From sequence record NZ_LR134454.1: a stretch of 64,000 nt of DNA; one strand, written 5' to 3'. Positions within the stretch are counted from its first letter, which is position 1. Each line of letters begins with the position of its first letter. Source of the stretch: a plasmid. Of the stretch, positions 1-12,232 are shown one piece after another. The notes beneath the pieces are model-generated. The model saw only the letters and a list, made by a program, of their open reading frames with translations. It was not told the DNA's origin and made no database searches. The position numbers and the translations under genes were made by a program.

Positions 1-3000
1 CTCACCGTCGCCACGACCGTCGGGCGGCTCGAACCCGGCGCCGACGTGGTGTCGATCGGCCGCCCCATCGGCGGCTCCCGCGCGTACGTCCTCGACGCGG
101 GGCTGCGCCGCGTGCCGCCGGGCGTCGTCGGCGAGCTGTACGTCGGCGGGCCGGGCGTCGCGCGCGGCTACGGCGGCCGTCCGGGCCTGACGGCGTCGCG
201 GTTCGTCGCCGACCCGCTCGGCGCCGACGGCGACCGCGTCTACCGCACCGGCGACCTCGTGCGCTGGCTGCCCGGCGGCGAGCTCGAGTACGTCGGCCGC
301 GCCGACGACCAGGTGAAACTGCGCGGCTTCCGGATCGAGCCGGGCGAGGTCGAGGCCGCGCTCGCCGCATGCCCCGGCGTCAGCGCCGCCGCGGTCGTCG
401 TGCAGGGCGACGGTGCCGCCCGCCGCCTCGTCGGCTACGTCACCGGCACGGCGACCGAGCCGGACGCCCGGGCCTTCGCGGCGCGGAGCCTGCCCGCGCA
501 CATGGTGCCCGCCCGCGTGGTGGTGCTCGACGCGCTGCCGCTGACCGCGAACGGCAAGGTCGACCGCGCGGCGCTGCCCGCGCCCGACGCCGGCGACGAG
601 GCCCGTTACCGCGCCCCCGGCACCTCCGCCGAGGAGCTCCTCGCCGGGGTCGTCGCCGAGGTGCTCGGCGTGGAGCGGGTCGGCGTCGACGACTCCTTCT
701 TCGAACTGGGCGGCGACTCGATCACGGCGATCCAGCTGGTGGGCCGCGCCCGCGCCGCGGGCCTGACGCTGACCGCCCACGACGTCTTCGCGCACCGCAC
801 CGTCGCGGGGCTCGCCGCCGTGGCCGGCGTGGCCGATCCCGCGGACGCCGTGCCCGACGACGGCGTCGGTGAGATCCCGCCGACGCCGGTCCTCACCTGG
901 TTCGCCGCGCGCGGCGGTACGCCGGACGGCTTCCACCAGTCGGTGCTGGTCCGCACCCCGTCGTCGGTCGACATCGCGACGGTGCACGCGCTGACCCAGG
1001 CCGTCCTCGACCGGCACGACGCCCTGCGCGCGGAGATCGGCGAGGCGCCCGGCGGGGGCCTCTCGCTCACCGCGCGGCCCGTCGGCGCGGTCGCCGCCGC
1101 CGACGTGGTGGACCGCGTCGACGCCACCGGTCTCTCCTTCGACGAGGTCGGCGCGATGATCGCCGCCCAGCACCGCCGGGTGACGGCCCTGTTGCGCCCG
1201 GGCGCACCGTCGCTCCTACGGGTCGTGTGGTTCGACCTGGGCCCCGAGCGGGAGGGCGCGCTGCTGGTCGCGGCGCACCACTTCGTCGTCGACGGCGTCT
1301 CCTGGCGCATCCTGCTCACCGACCTCGCAACCGGCTGGCACGCCGCCTCGACGGGCCGGCCCGTGGTGACGGCCCCGGTGGGCAGCTCCTTCCGCCGCTG
1401 GGCGACGGTGCTCGCCGACCGCGCCGGGCAGGTGGGCCCGGACGAGCTCGCGTACTGGCGGTCCGTGCTCGACGGTGCGCCGTCCCTGGTCGACGGTGCG
1501 CTGGACCCGACCCGCGACACCCACGGTTCCGCCGGCCATGCCGAACTGACCCTGTCCGCCGACGTCGCCGCGCCGTTGCTCGGCGCGGTGCCCGAGGCGT
1601 TCCACGCGGGCGTGCAGGACGTGCTCCTCGCGGCCTTCGCGACCGCGGTGACCGCTTGGGCGGGCGAGCGCGGACGCGACGCCGAATCGGCGCTCGTCGA
1701 GGTGGAGACGCACGGCCGCGACGAGACCCTGGCCCCCGGCCTGGATCTCACGCGCACCGTCGGCTGGTTCACCAACGTCCACCCGCTGCGGCTGCGGCCG
1801 GGCGCGGGTGCCGACGCCGCCGCGGCGGTCAAGAACATCAAGGAGCAGCTGCGGACCGTCCCGGACGGCGGTATCGGCTACGGCCTCGCGCGGTTCGGCG
1901 GCGCCGCGGCGGCGCAGGAGTTCGCGGGACTGCCGCAGCCGGAGATCGGCTTCAACTACCTGGGCCGCACGACCGGCGCGAGCGACCGCGACTGGGCGCC
2001 CGACCGCCGCTTCCCCGACCTCTCCCCGGCGCCCGACGGGCTCGCGCTGCTGCACGCCGTGGAGGTGAACGCGGTCGCCCGCGACGGCGCCGACGGGCCG
2101 GAGCTCGTCGCGTCGTGGACGTGGGCGCCCGCGCTCGTCGACGAGGACGCGGTGCGCCGCCTCGGCGCGCTGTGGTTCGACGCCCTGCGCGGCGTCGTGG
2201 CCGCGGCCGACGACGCCGGCGGGCACACGCCCTCCGACTTCCCGCTGGTCGCCCTCACCGCGGCGCAGGTCGAGCGGCTCGACGAGCGCTACCCGGGCCT
2301 GCAGGACGTGCTGCCGCTGACCGCGCTGCAGCAGGGCTTCCGGTATCACGCGGAGCTCGGCGACGCCGACGACGAACGGCCCGACCCGTACGTGGTGCAG
2401 ACGGTGATCGACTTCGCGGGCGCCCTCGACGAGGGCCGCTTCGCGGCGTCGGTCGCGGCGCTCCTGGCCCGCCGCGAGGCGCTGCGCGCCCGGTTCGTCG
2501 CCGACGGCCTCGACGCGCCCGTCCAGGTCATCGCCGCCCCCGGGCCCGCGCCCTACCGGTACGAGGATGTGCGCGCGGACGACGACCCGGAGGGCCGGTT
2601 CGCCGAACTCGCCGCGGCCGAGCGGCGCCGCGGCTTCCGCCTCGACCGCGACCTCGGCATGCGGTTCCTTCTGGTCCGGGTGGGGGAGCGGGACTTCCGG
2701 CTGGTGGTGACCAACCACCACATCCTGTGGGACGGCTGGTCGGCTCCGGTGATCTTCCGCGACCTGCTGGCCGGCTACGCGGGCCTCGACCCCGACGCCG
2801 CCGGCGTCCCGCGGGCGACGCTGCGCGACTACTTCACCTGGCTGCGGGGCCGCGACGGCGACGCCGCGCGCACCGCGTGGGCCGCCGAGCTCGACGGCCT
2901 CGACGAGCCGACGCTCGTCGCCCGCGACCTCCCGCGCGCGCACCCGAGCGGCGCCGCGCGCGGGCCCGGAGCCGACGGCGGACCGTCGGGCCCGGAGCAG

Positions 3001-6000
3001 GACGAGGTCCGCGCGACCATCCCCGCCAACCTGACCGCGGCCGTCACGCGCCTCGCGGGCCGCCTCGGCGCCACGCCGGGGGCGGTGCTGCAGGCCACCT
3101 GGGCGATCGCGCTCGGCGGCGCGACGGGCCGCGGCGACGTGGTCTTCGGCTCCGTGCAGTCGGGCCGCCCCGCGCAGCTCGACGGCGTCGAGGACCTGGT
3201 CGGCCTCCTCATCACCACCTCCCCGGTGCGGGTGGACCTGGACCCGCGGCGCACCGTCCGCGAGGTCGCGCTCGGCGTGCAGGAGCAGTACGTGCGCCTG
3301 CTCGACCACCAGCACCTCGGGCTGACGGGCATCGCCCGCGCGGCCGGGCGGGACGAGCTCTTCGACTCGCTGTTCGTGGTGGAGAACTACCCGTCGACCG
3401 CGGGCGCGACGATCCCCGGCACCGATGTCGAGGTCGTCGACGTGCGCGGCGACGACGCCACCCACTACCCGCTGTCCGTCGCCGTGGTCCCGGGCGAGAC
3501 CCTGCACGTCCGCGCGGGCTTCCGCACCGACGCGGTGGACCGCGCGGCCGTCGAGGACCTCCTCGACCGGTGGCGCCGGATCCTGACCGCCGCGGTCGCG
3601 CGCCCCGACGCCCGGCTCGCCGACATCGACGGCGCAGGGGAGACCGAGCGGCTGCTGGTGCGGCGCTGGGGCGGCGCGATCGGCGGCGTGCCCGCCCGCA
3701 CCCTGCCCGAGCTGTTCGCGCGCCGCGCCGCGGCCCGGCCGAAGTCCCGGGCCGTCGCGGGCGAGGGCACGCCCCTCACCTACGCCGAGCTCGACGCGCT
3801 CTCGAACCGGTGGGCGCGCCGCTTCCTCGCCGAGGGCGTCGGCCCGGGCGACGTGGTCGCCGTGACCGCGCCCCGCTCGATCGGCTTCGTCGCCGTCGTG
3901 CTCGGCGTCGCGAAGGCCGGCGGCGCGTTCCTGCCCATCGACGCCGCGACGCCGCGGGAGCGGATCGAGGCCATGTTCGCCGACGCGCACCCCGTCCTCG
4001 AGGTCGACGGTGCGCTGCTCGACGCGGGGCCCGGCGGGGACGCGGGCGAGGAGCCCGTCACCGACGCCGACCGGCGTGCTCCCCTGACCCCGCAGGACGC
4101 GGCCTACGTCATCTTCACCTCGGGCTCGACGGGCACGCCCAAGGGCGTCACCGTCACCCACGCCGGCCTCGCCGACCTGGTGCGGACCTTCGACGAGCTG
4201 GATCTCGGGCCGGGGACCCGGATGCTGCACAACGCGTCCGTCGGCTTCGACGCCGCGGTCTGGGAGCTGCTGTGCGCGCTCGGCACGGGCGGCACGCTGG
4301 TCGTCTCGGCGACGGTGCGCGCGGGCCGCGAGCTCGCCGCCTTCGTCGAGAAGTACCGGGTCACCAACGCGGTGCTCACGCCCTCCGTGCTGGCGTCGGT
4401 GCCGGAGAGGCGGATGCGGGGCCTGACGTCGCTGGTGGTCGCCGCCGAGGCGGTGCCGCGTGCGCTCGTCGACCGCTGGGGCCCCGGCCGCCGGCTGGTC
4501 AACGCCTACGGCCCCACGGAGGCCACGATCGCGGTCTCGTTCGCGCGGATCCGCCCCGGCGAGTCCGGCCCGGTGCCCATCGGCCGCCCCGTCCGCGGCA
4601 TGGCGGTCCGGGTGCTCGACGGCGCCCTCCGCCGCGTCGCGCCCGGCGTCGTGGGCGAGTTGTACGTCGCGGGCGCCGCGGTGGCCCGCGGCTACGTCGG
4701 CCGGCCGGGCCTCACGGCGTCCCGGTTCGTCGCCGACCCGTACGGTGGCGCCGGGACCCGCATGTACCGCACGGGTGACCTGGTCCGGTGGCTGCCCGAC
4801 GGGACGCTGGAGTACGTGGGGCGCGCCGACGACCAGGTGAAGATCCGCGGCGTCCGCGTCGAGCTCGGCGAGGTGGAGGCGGCGCTGGCCGCCTGCCCGG
4901 GCGTGAGCGCCGCGGTCGCCGCGGTGCGCGACGGCGCCACCGGTGCGCGGCTCGTCGGGTACGTCGTCGCGCCCGGCCTCGCGCCCGACGAGGTGACGGC
5001 CGCCGTCGCCCGCCGGCTGCCCGCCGCGATGGTCCCGTTCGTCGTGGTGCTCGACGCGCTGCCGCTGACCCCGAGCGGCAAGCTCGACCGGGCTGCGCTG
5101 CCGGAGCCGGTGTTCGCCGCCGCGGCCGGGTACCGGGCCCCCGAGACCGAGGAGGAGCGGGCCATGGTCGCGCTGTTCGAGTCGGTCCTCGAGGCCGAGG
5201 GCGTGGGCCTGGACGACTCCTTCTTCGAGCTGGGCGGCGACTCGTTGTCGCTGATGCGGCTCGTGGACCGCGTGGACGTCGACTTCGGGGTCCGCGTCCC
5301 GATCGTGGGGCTGTTCGAGAGCGCCACCCCGGCGTCGGTGCTCGCGTCGCTGTCGGCGGCGGGAGGGGCGCGCGCCGGCGTCGAGGTCCCCGTCGACGAC
5401 GTGCGGTTCGCGCCGGCCACGCCCGACGTGGTGCCGAGCGGGCACGAGGTCCTCGTCACCGGCGCCACCGGCCTGCTGGGCGGGCACCTGATCCGGGCCG
5501 TGCTCGAGGCGGACCCCGCGGCGCGCGTGCGGGCCCTGGTCCGCGCCCGCGACGAGGCGTCGGGGCTGGAGCGGATCCGCGCGACGATGCGGGGCTACGG
5601 CTCCTGGTCGGACGGCTACGAGGACCGCATCACCGCGCTCCCCGGCGACCTCGCCGAGCCGGGCCTGGGCGTGGACGCGGCCGTGTGGGATCGCGTCATC
5701 GAGCAGGTCGACGCGATCATCCACTGCGGCGCGCGGGTCAACCACGTCGAGCCCTACCCGCGGCTGCGGGCCGCCAACGTCGACTCCACGCGGTTCCTGC
5801 TGGAGCTGGCCTCGCGGCGGCCGGGGACGGTCTTCCAGTTCGTCTCCACCATCTCCGCCGCGGGCGCCTTCGAGGAGATCCCCGACGCCGGGTACACGCA
5901 CTCGAAGTGGGTGGCCGAGCGGGTCGTGGAGCTCGCGGCGGCGAGCGGCGTCCCGTCGACGATCCTGCGTCCCGGCCTCCTGACGGGCGCCCTGGACTCG

Positions 6001-6528
6001 GGCGCGACGAACACGGACGACGCCTTCTGGAACCTGGTGCGGTCGATCGCGACGGTCGGCGCGGCACCGTCGGAGCTGCTGGACCAGACGATCGAGATGA
6101 CCCCCGTCGACCGCGCCGCGGAGGCGATGGTCGAGGTCCTCCGCACGGGCGACGAGCCGCTGCGGACGCTCGAGGTGGGCAGCGGCTCGCGGGTGAGCTG
6201 GCGGGAGATCGTCGGGGCGCTGCGCCGCGGCGGCTATCCCGTCGAGGCGGTGCCGGGGCACGTCTTCCTGGAGCGGCAGACCGCCGCGTTCCGCGACCGG
6301 CCGGAGGTGGCGGGGGCGCTCGCGCGCGCCATTCTGCTCATCCGTGCAGGTCTGGAGCGTGAGACCGTCGGCGAGGGTGGCGGCTGGACCCCGACGAGCG
6401 CCGCCGACGGGCGGATCGGGCTCGACGGTGACCGGGGTCCCGTCGGGGACGCCGGGCTCGACGTCTACGTCGACTACTTGGTGCGCATCGGCTTCCTCCC
6501 GCGCGTGGGGAAAGGGGCCGAGGTGTGA
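1..6528 (+). CDS. Non-ribosomal peptide synthetase, 3' portion (gene starts upstream of the window). Domain order seen: A (C-terminal half) - PCP - E | C - A - PCP - R (terminal thioester reductase).
   Basis: Frame 1 is open from nt 1. Motifs read from the translation: A8/A10 ([26 protein letters not shown]), PCP ([14 protein letters not shown]), epimerase-type [14 protein letters not shown]-domain HHILWDGWS, second A domain ([59 protein letters not shown]), PCP ([14 protein letters not shown]), Rossmann [14 protein letters not shown] of a terminal reductase. TGA at 6526-6528. Confidence 0.9.
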   Translation, partial: LTVATTVGRLEPGADVVSIGRPIGGSRAYVLDAGLRRVPPGVVGELYVGGPGVARGYGGRPGLTASRFVADPLGADGDRVYRTGDLVRWLPGGELEYVGRADDQVKLRGFRIEPGEVEAALAACPGVSAAAVVVQGDGAARRLVGYVTGTATEPDARAFAARSLPAHMVPARVVVLDALPLTANGKVDRAALPAPDAGDEARYRAPGTSAEELLAGVVAEVLGVERVGVDDSFFELGGDSITAIQLVGRARAAGLTLTAHDVFAHRTVAGLAAVAGVADPADAVPDDGVGEIPPTPVLTWFAARGGTPDGFHQSVLVRTPSSVDIATVHALTQAVLDRHDALRAEIGEAPGGGLSLTARPVGAVAAADVVDRVDATGLSFDEVGAMIAAQHRRVTALLRPGAPSLLRVVWFDLGPEREGALLVAAHHFVVDGVSWRILLTDLATGWHAASTGRPVVTAPVGSSFRRWATVLADRAGQVGPDELAYWRSVLDGAPSLVDGALDPTRDTHGSAGHAELTLSADVAAPLLGAVPEAFHAGVQDVLLAAFATAVTAWAGERGRDAESALVEVETHGRDETLAPGLDLTRTVGWFTNVHPLRLRPGAGADAAAAVKNIKEQLRTVPDGGIGYGLARFGGAAAAQEFAGLPQPEIGFNYLGRTTGASDRDWAPDRRFPDLSPAPDGLALLHAVEVNAVARDGADGPELVASWTWAPALVDEDAVRRLGALWFDALRGVVAAADDAGGHTPSDFPLVALTAAQVERLDERYPGLQDVLPLTALQQGFRYHAELGDADDERPDPYVVQTVIDFAGALDEGRFAASVAALLARREALRARFVADGLDAPVQVIAAPGPAPYRYEDVRADDDPEGRFAELAAAERRRGFRLDRDLGMRFLLVRVGERDFRLVVTNHHILWDGWSAPVIFRDLLAGYAGLDPDAAGVPRATLRDYFTWLRGRDGDAARTAWAAELDGLDEPTLVARDLPRAHPSGAARGPGADGGPSGPEQDEVRATIPANLTAAVTRLAGRLGATPGAVLQATWAIALGGATGRGDVVFGSVQSGRPAQLDGVEDLVGLLITTSPVRVDLDPRRTVREVALGVQEQYVRLLDHQHLGLTGIARAAGRDELFDSLFVVENYPSTAGATIPGTDVEVVDVRGDDATHYPLSVAVVPGETLHVRAGFRTDAVDRAAVEDLLDRWRRILTAAVARPDARLADIDGAGETERLLVRRWGGAIGGVPARTLPELFARRAAARPKSRAVAGEGTPLTYAELDALSNRWARRFLAEGVGPGDVVAVTAPRSIGFVAVVLGVAKAGGAFLPIDAATPRERIEAMFADAHPVLEVDGALLDAGPGGDAGEEPVTDADRRAPLTPQDAAYVIFTSGSTGTPKGVTVTHAGLADLVRTFDELDLGPGTRMLHNASVGFDAAVWELLCALGTGGTLVVSATVRAGRELAAFVEKYRVTNAVLTPSVLASVPERRMRGLTSLVVAAEAVPRALVDRWGPGRRLVNAYGPTEATIAVSFARIRPGESGPVPIGRPVRGMAVRVLDGALRRVAPGVVGELYVAGAAVARGYVGRPGLTASRFVADPYGGAGTRMYRTGDLVRWLPDGTLEYVGRADDQVKIRGVRVELGEVEAALAACPGVSAAVAAVRDGATGARLVGYVVAPGLAPDEVTAAVARRLPAAMVPFVVVLDALPLTPSGKLDRAALPEPVFAAAAGYRAPETEEERAMVALFESVLEAEGVGLDDSFFELGGDSLSLMRLVDRVDVDFGVRVPIVGLFESATPASVLASLSAAGGARAGVEVPVDDVRFAPATPDVVPSGHEVLVTGATGLLGGHLIRAVLEADPAARVRALVRARDEASGLERIRATMRGYGSWSDGYEDRITALPGDLAEPGLGVDAAVWDRVIEQVDAIIHCGARVNHVEPYPRLRAANVDSTRFLLELASRRPGTVFQFVSTISAAGAFEEIPDAGYTHSKWVAERVVELAAASGVPSTILRPGLLTGALDSGATNTDDAFWNLVRSIATVGAAPSELLDQTIEMTPVDRAAEAMVEVLRTGDEPLRTLEVGSGSRVSWREIVGALRRGGYPVEAVPGHVFLERQTAAFRDRPEVAGALARAILLIRAGLERETVGEGGGWTPTSAADGRIGLDGDRGPVGDAGLDVYVDYLVRIGFLPRVGKGAEV

Positions 6529-6621
6529 TGTGAGATGTTGCACGTCACCCTCGGTTCTGTGACCTTGCCCGATGTGTGACACTGGTTCAAAGGTTCGTAT
6601 GCGACTTTGGAGATGACACCT

Positions 6622-8466
6622 ATGACGTCAGCCACGATTCCCGGCCTCGAGGGGGATTCGGTCCCCACGAAGCACGCCCAGCTCGTCGAGTGGGTGCGCG
6701 AGGTCGCCGAGCTCACGCAGCCCGACCGCGTGGTGTGGGCCGACGGTTCGGACGCCGAATGGGATCGCCTGACCGCCGAGATGGTCGCCGCGGGCACGTT
6801 CACCAAGCTGAACGACGCGAAGAAGCCCAACTCCTTCCTCGCACTGTCGGACCCGGCGGACGTGGCGCGCGTGGAGTCGCGCACCTACATCTGTTCGGAG
6901 ACCAAGGAGGGCGCGGGCCCGACGAACAACTGGGTCCGTCCCGCCGAGATGCGCGCGACGATGACCGACCTCTACCGCGGCTCGATGCAGGGCCGCACCA
7001 TGTACGTGGTGCCCTTCTGCATGGGCCCGCTGGGCGCCGACGACCCGAAGCTGGGCGTCGAGCTGACCGACAGCCCCTACGTGGTGGTCTCGATGAAGAT
7101 CATGACCCGCATGGGCACCGCGGTGCTGGAGAAGCTGGGCGACGAGGGCTTCTTCGTCAAGGCCATCCACTCCGTGGGCAAGCCGCTCGCGCCGGGCGAG
7201 GCCGACGTGGCGTGGCCCTGCAGCGAGACCAAGTACATCACCCACTTCCCCGAGACCCGCGAGATCTGGTCGTACGGCTCGGGGTACGGCGGCAACGCGC
7301 TGCTGGGCAAGAAGTGCTACGCGCTGCGCATCGCCTCGGCCATGGCGCACGACGAGGGCTGGCTCGCCGAGCACATGCTGATCCTCAAGCTGATCTCGCC
7401 GGAGGACAAGGTCTACTACATCGCCGCGGCGTTCCCGTCGGCCTGCGGTAAGACCAACCTCGCGATGATCCAGCCGACCCTGCCGGGCTGGCGCGCCGAG
7501 ACCGTCGGCGACGACATCGCCTGGATGCGCTTCGGCAAGGACGGCCGCCTGTACGCGGTGAACCCGGAGTTCGGCTTCTTCGGCGTCGCCCCGGGCACGT
7601 CGATGGACTCGAACCCGAACGCGATGAAGACCATCGACGCCGGAAACACCATCTTCACCAACGTCGCCAAGACCGACGACGGCGACGTCTGGTGGGAGGG
7701 CATGTCGGCCGCGCCGCAGCACCTGACCGACTGGCGCGGCGACGACTGGGAGAGCTCCTCCGCCGAGAACGAGGACGGCGTCGTCACCGTCGCCGCGCAC
7801 CCGAACTCGCGGTACACCACCCCGATGTCGCAGTGCCCGTCGATCGCCCCCGAGTGGGACGACCCGCAGGGCGTGCCGATCTCGGCCATCCTGTTCGGCG
7901 GCCGCCGCAAGACGACGGTGCCGCTGGTCACGCAGGCGCGCGACTGGAAGCACGGCGTCTTCATGGGCGCGACCGTCGGCTCGGAGCAGACCGCCGCCGC
8001 CGAGGGCAAGGTGGGCACCGTCCGCCGCGACCCGATGGCGATGCTGCCCTTCCTGGGCTACAACGTGGGCGACTACTTCGACCACTGGCTCACCATCGGC
8101 AAGCAGGCCGACGAGTCGAAGCTGCCGGCCGTGTTCTACGTGAACTGGTTCCGCCGCGGCGAGGACAAGCGCTTCCTGTGGCCCGGATTCGGCGAGAACA
8201 GCCGCGTGCTGAAGTGGATCGTCGACCGCATCGAGGGCAACGCCGCCGGCAAGGAGACGCCGATCGGCATCGTCGCCACCCCGGAGGAGCTGGACCTCAC
8301 CGGCCTGGACACCCCGGTCGCCGACGTCGCCGAGGCGCTGGCCGTGAACGTCGACGAGTGGAAGGGCGAGCTGCCGTCGATCGACGAGTGGTTCGAGTTC
8401 GTCGGCGACAAGCTGCCCACCGGCCTCAAGGACGAGCTGGACGCGCTCAAGCAGCGCCTGGGCTGA
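6622..8466 (+). CDS. pckG: Phosphoenolpyruvate carboxykinase (GTP)
   Basis: Full-length match to GTP-dependent PEPCK (MTSATIPGL... start as in mycobacterial PckA; track ORF begins at an upstream TTG at 6607). GGAGA RBS at 6609-6613. Confidence 0.93.
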   Translation: MTSATIPGLEGDSVPTKHAQLVEWVREVAELTQPDRVVWADGSDAEWDRLTAEMVAAGTFTKLNDAKKPNSFLALSDPADVARVESRTYICSETKEGAGPTNNWVRPAEMRATMTDLYRGSMQGRTMYVVPFCMGPLGADDPKLGVELTDSPYVVVSMKIMTRMGTAVLEKLGDEGFFVKAIHSVGKPLAPGEADVAWPCSETKYITHFPETREIWSYGSGYGGNALLGKKCYALRIASAMAHDEGWLAEHMLILKLISPEDKVYYIAAAFPSACGKTNLAMIQPTLPGWRAETVGDDIAWMRFGKDGRLYAVNPEFGFFGVAPGTSMDSNPNAMKTIDAGNTIFTNVAKTDDGDVWWEGMSAAPQHLTDWRGDDWESSSAENEDGVVTVAAHPNSRYTTPMSQCPSIAPEWDDPQGVPISAILFGGRRKTTVPLVTQARDWKHGVFMGATVGSEQTAAAEGKVGTVRRDPMAMLPFLGYNVGDYFDHWLTIGKQADESKLPAVFYVNWFRRGEDKRFLWPGFGENSRVLKWIVDRIEGNAAGKETPIGIVATPEELDLTGLDTPVADVAEALAVNVDEWKGELPSIDEWFEFVGDKLPTGLKDELDALKQRLG

Positions 8467-8477
8467 TCCCCTGACAC

Positions 8478-8515
8478 GCACTGCGCCCCCGCCGAGACCG
8501 GCGGGGGCGCAGTGC
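8478..8515. terminator. Bidirectional intrinsic-terminator-like hairpin between convergent pckG and fadD
   Basis: Perfect 16-bp inverted repeat GCACTGCGCCCCCGCC / GGCGGGGGCGCAGTGC with a 6-nt loop, lying between two 3' ends. Confidence 0.55.
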
Positions 8516-8545
8516 TGTCCGGGCTACCGCAGACGGCGCTCCGCG

Positions 8546-10078
8546 TCAGGAGCGCGACCAGTCCCGCTGCCGCAGGTCGCGCTTGAGGATCTTCCCCGCG
8601 CCGGAGACGGGCAGTGCCTCGACGAAGGCGACGGACCGCGGCAGTTTGTAGTTCGCGATGTGCACGCGCGCGAAGTCCCGGAGCTCGTCGCCGGTGACGG
8701 ACGCGCCGGGGGCTAGCACGACGACGGCGTGCACCCGCTCGCCCCACTCCTCGTCGGGCACGCCGATCACGGCGACCTGCGCGACCGCGGGGTGCTTGGC
8801 GAGCGCGTTCTCGACCTCCACCGAGTAGACGTTCTCGCCGCCGGTGATCACCATGTCCTTGATGCGGTCGGCCACGAAGACGTATCCGTCCTCGTTCATG
8901 TAGCCAGCGTCGCCGGTGTGCATCCACCCGCCGCGCAGCGCCTCGGCGGTCTCGGTCTCCTTGTTCCAGTAGCCCGCCATGAGGTGGTCGCCGCGGGCGA
9001 CGATCTCGCCCACCTCGCCACGCGGCAGTTCGACGTCGTCGGGGCCCACGATCCGCACCTCGGAGTGTGCTGCCGGGCGGCCGCAGCTGCGCCGTAGAGC
9101 GGGGTCGTCGTGGTCCTCGGCGGTGAGGAGGGTGGCGACGGGGGCCAGTTCCGTCATTCCGTAGGCCTGCGTGAGCCGCGCCTCCGGAAGCAGCGCGTGT
9201 GTCCGCTCGAGCACGGCCTCGGAGATCGGCGAGGCGCCGTACATGATCCGGGTCAGGCTCGACAGATCCGCGGACCGTCCCTCGGGGGAGTCGATGAGCA
9301 TCTGGATCATCGTGGGCACGAGCAGGGCGTCCGTCACGCGGTGTTCCTCGATCGCGGCGGCCACCCCCGCCGGTGTGAACGACGGGACCATGACGTGCGT
9401 GGCCCTCGTGAGGCACGCGATGGTCCACGCCGCGAGGTCGGCGAGGTGGAACATGGGCGCCGCGTGCAGGAGGACACCGCCGCGGTTGAGCATGCCGGTG
9501 GTGACCAGCGAGCCCATCGCCGACGTGAGGCACGCGCGGTGGGAGAGCATCACGCCCTTCGGGGTGCCGGTGGTGCCGCCGGTGTAGAAGATCCCGTACA
9601 GGTCGTCGCCGTGACGCCGGGCGTCCTCGATCGGTGCGGTGGAGGCGATCAGTGCCTCGTAGCCGAGCATCCCGGCGGGGACCGCGCCCTCGCCCGCGTG
9701 GATCACCGACGTCACGTTCGGTGCGAGGGCACGCAGCTCCGGGACGAGGGGGGCGAACGCGTCGTCGACCACCAGGAGGTCCGTCCCGCAGTCGGCGAGG
9801 GAGTAGGCGATCTCGGCGGCGCTCCAGCGCACGTTGACCGGATTGACCACGCATCCCGCCCAGGGCGTCGCGAGCAGGACCTCGTGGTAACGGTCGCTGT
9901 TGAGCGACAGGATGCCGATCCGGTCACCGTCCTGTGCGCCCAGGCCGCGGAACGCGCCCGCGAGCCGCGCGACCCGGTCGGCCGTCTCGGCGGCCGTGCG
10001 GCGGCGGTCGCGGTACACCGTCACCACGTGCTGGGGCACGGCCTGTGCGGTCTGGGACAGCGATTGTGTGATCTGCAC
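8546..10078 (-). CDS. Acyl-CoA synthetase / fatty-acid--CoA ligase (AMP-binding)
   Basis: AMP-binding motifs YTGGTTGTPKGVMLSH and GWMHTGDAGYMNEDGYVFVADRIKD. GTG start at 10078. Divergent from the ltp operon. Confidence 0.85.
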   Translation of the reverse strand: MQITQSLSQTAQAVPQHVVTVYRDRRRTAAETADRVARLAGAFRGLGAQDGDRIGILSLNSDRYHEVLLATPWAGCVVNPVNVRWSAAEIAYSLADCGTDLLVVDDAFAPLVPELRALAPNVTSVIHAGEGAVPAGMLGYEALIASTAPIEDARRHGDDLYGIFYTGGTTGTPKGVMLSHRACLTSAMGSLVTTGMLNRGGVLLHAAPMFHLADLAAWTIACLTRATHVMVPSFTPAGVAAAIEEHRVTDALLVPTMIQMLIDSPEGRSADLSSLTRIMYGASPISEAVLERTHALLPEARLTQAYGMTELAPVATLLTAEDHDDPALRRSCGRPAAHSEVRIVGPDDVELPRGEVGEIVARGDHLMAGYWNKETETAEALRGGWMHTGDAGYMNEDGYVFVADRIKDMVITGGENVYSVEVENALAKHPAVAQVAVIGVPDEEWGERVHAVVVLAPGASVTGDELRDFARVHIANYKLPRSVAFVEALPVSGAGKILKRDLRQRDWSRS

Positions 10079-10197
10079 GGCAATCCTCCGAGGAGTGAAC
10101 GGCTACCAGTGTGATGCTGGCTACAACGAGATCGACTATTGCATGTCAGGATGGATCCGTGCAATAAATGTGAATATCCAATCGTACGGAGGTAGAA

Positions 10198-11379
10198 ATG
10201 AGTCGCACATTCGTCGCCGGCGTCGGGATGGTGCCGTTCGCCACCCCGCGCACGGCCGAGCCCTACGACGTGATGGCTCCGGCCGCGATCCGGGCCGCCC
10301 TCACTGATGCGGGCGTCGAGCTCGCGGACGTACAACAGGCCTACGCCGGGTACGTCTACGGCGATTCGACGAGCGGCCAGCGCGCGCTGTACCGGGTCGG
10401 AACGACGGGGATCCCCGTCGTCAACGTGAACAACAACTGCTCGACCGGCTCGTCCGCGCTCTTCCTCGCGCGCCAGGCCGTCGCGTCCGGCGCCGCGGAC
10501 TGCGTGCTCGCCTTCGGTTTCGAGCAGATGGAGCGCGGCGCGCTCGCCATCAAGTGGCCCGACCGGCCGAGCCCGTTCGTCGACTTCATGGCGATCGCGG
10601 AGGAGCGGAACGGTGCCAGTGAAGCGCCGTTCGCCGCTCAGCTCTTCGGCGGCGCGGGCGCCGAGTACGCCGAGCGCTACGGCGTCGCACCGGAGACCTT
10701 CGCCAAAGTGGCGGTCAAGGCCCGCACCCACGCCGCGAACAACCCGTTCGCGGTGTTCCGGGACCCGGTCACCGTCGAGCAGGTGCTGGCCTCTCCCCAG
10801 ATCTTCGGCCCGCTCACGCGCCTGCAGTGCTGCCCGCCCACCTGCGGGGCCGCCGCCGCGATCATCGTCAGCGAGGAGTTCGCCCGCGCCCGCGGCCTGC
10901 GCACGACGGTCGCGATCGCCGCGCAGGCGATGACCACCGACGGTGCCGCGACGTTCGACGGATCGCTGATGAACCTCGTCGGTGCGGACATGAGCCGTCG
11001 GGCCGCGGACCAGGTGTACGAGGCCGCGGGCGTCGACCCGGGCGACGTGCGGGTCGTGGAGTTGCACGACTGCTTCACGGCGAACGAAATCCTCTCGTAC
11101 GAGTCCCTGCGGCTCACTCCGGACGGGACCGCGGAGAAGTTCATCGAGGACGGCGACAACACCTACGGCGGCGCGGTGGTCACCAATCCATCGGGCGGTC
11201 TGCTGTCCAAGGGGCATCCCCTCGGCGCGACGGGCCTGGCCCAGTGCGCGGAACTGTCCTGGCAGCTGCGCGGTGAGGCCGGGGCCCGCCAGGTCGACGG
11301 CGCCACCCTCGCCCTGCAGCACAACATCGGGCTCGGCGGTGCGGCCGTCGTGACCCTCTACGAGCGGGGAGACCGATGA
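10198..11379 (+). CDS. SCP-x-type thiolase / lipid-transfer protein (Ltp-like)
   Basis: N-terminus MSRTFVAGVGMVPFATPRTAEPYDVMA... with the NNCSTGSSALFLARQAV catalytic-Cys region typical of Ltp2/Ltp3-like thiolases. ATGA overlap with the next gene. Confidence 0.8.
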   Translation: MSRTFVAGVGMVPFATPRTAEPYDVMAPAAIRAALTDAGVELADVQQAYAGYVYGDSTSGQRALYRVGTTGIPVVNVNNNCSTGSSALFLARQAVASGAADCVLAFGFEQMERGALAIKWPDRPSPFVDFMAIAEERNGASEAPFAAQLFGGAGAEYAERYGVAPETFAKVAVKARTHAANNPFAVFRDPVTVEQVLASPQIFGPLTRLQCCPPTCGAAAAIIVSEEFARARGLRTTVAIAAQAMTTDGAATFDGSLMNLVGADMSRRAADQVYEAAGVDPGDVRVVELHDCFTANEILSYESLRLTPDGTAEKFIEDGDNTYGGAVVTNPSGGLLSKGHPLGATGLAQCAELSWQLRGEAGARQVDGATLALQHNIGLGGAAVVTLYERGDR

Positions 11380-11837
11380 GCATCGACCGCGACGCCGCGC
11401 TGGCGCTCGCCCTGCCCGAGTTCCCCGTCGACGTCGAGCGCGGCCGGTTGCGGTTCTTCGCGCAGGCGATCGGCGAGACCGATCCCGTGTTCACCGATCT
11501 CGGCGCCGCCCGCGCCGCGGGCCACCGCGACCTGCCCGCCCCGCCGACCTTCGTCTTCAGCCTCGCGCTGGAGGCGCCGGACCCCTTCGGCTACCTCGGC
11601 GACCTCGGAATCGACCTGCGGCACATCTTGCACGGCGAGCAGCGCTTCGACCACCATGCCGTCGTGTACGCCGGTGACCGGATCACCGTGCGGGAAAGCA
11701 TCGTCGACGTCTACGCCAAGAGCGGCGGCGCCCTCGATTTCCTGGTCAAGCGGTCCGAGTTCCTCCGCGACGGCGAGCCGGTCGCCACGGCCACCTCGAC
11801 GATCGTCGTCCGTCGCCCGCAGGAGGCCGCCGCATGA
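11376..11837 (+). CDS. Hotdog-fold (MaoC-like) protein, probable hydratase subunit
   Basis: 153 aa translationally coupled to the thiolase and to the following MaoC dehydratase; hotdog-like sequence (HGEQRFDHH). Confidence 0.65.
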   Translation: MSIDRDAALALALPEFPVDVERGRLRFFAQAIGETDPVFTDLGAARAAGHRDLPAPPTFVFSLALEAPDPFGYLGDLGIDLRHILHGEQRFDHHAVVYAGDRITVRESIVDVYAKSGGALDFLVKRSEFLRDGEPVATATSTIVVRRPQEAAA

Positions 11838-12232
11838 GCGCATCCATCGACGTGGGCACCCAACTGCCCCCGCTCGCCGTCGGTGAGATCACGCGCACCA
11901 CCCTCGCACTGTTCGCGGGCGCGAGCGGCGACCACAACCCCATGCACATCGACCTGGACGTCGCCCGGTCCGCCGGACTCGACGACGTCTTCGCCCACGG
12001 CATGCTCGGCATGGCGCACCTGGGCCGAATGGTGACGGATTGGGCCGGCGTGCAGCGCATCCGCAGCTTCGCGGTGCGGTTCGTCGCCATCACGCCCGTG
12101 CATGCGGAGCCGGTCTGCCGGGGCACGGTCGTCGCGGTCGACGATGCCGCCGGCACCGCCATCCTGGACCTCACGGTCACCCTCGCCGACGGCACCACGA
12201 CCCTCACGGGCACCGCCGTCGTCGATCTCTGA
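11834..12232 (+). CDS. MaoC-like (R)-specific enoyl-CoA hydratase
   Basis: FAGASGDHNPMHID hydratase motif; ATGA coupling to the upstream gene. Confidence 0.8.
   Translation: MSASIDVGTQLPPLAVGEITRTTLALFAGASGDHNPMHIDLDVARSAGLDDVFAHGMLGMAHLGRMVTDWAGVQRIRSFAVRFVAITPVHAEPVCRGTVVAVDDAAGTAILDLTVTLADGTTTLTGTAVVDL

Noticed and set aside
1-6528. Naming the NRPS mps2 (glycopeptidolipid synthetase)
   Set aside because: The architecture matches, but none of the GPL tailoring or transport genes are adjacent, and the window lacks the upstream modules. The evidence is insufficient for a gene name.
1216-6582. Very long antisense and alternative-frame ORFs overlapping the NRPS (1216..6582 -, 1227..4778 +, 2..370 -, and others)
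   Set aside because: Their products are Arg/Pro/Gly-rich nonsense typical of frames opposite real genes in genomes above 70% GC. They have no domains, whereas the + frame-1 NRPS has every expected motif.
6607-6621. TTG (6607) or ATG (6613) as the pckG start
   Set aside because: Alignment with mycobacterial PEPCK places the N-terminus at MTSATIPGL (ATG 6622), and GGAGA sits at the right distance for that start.
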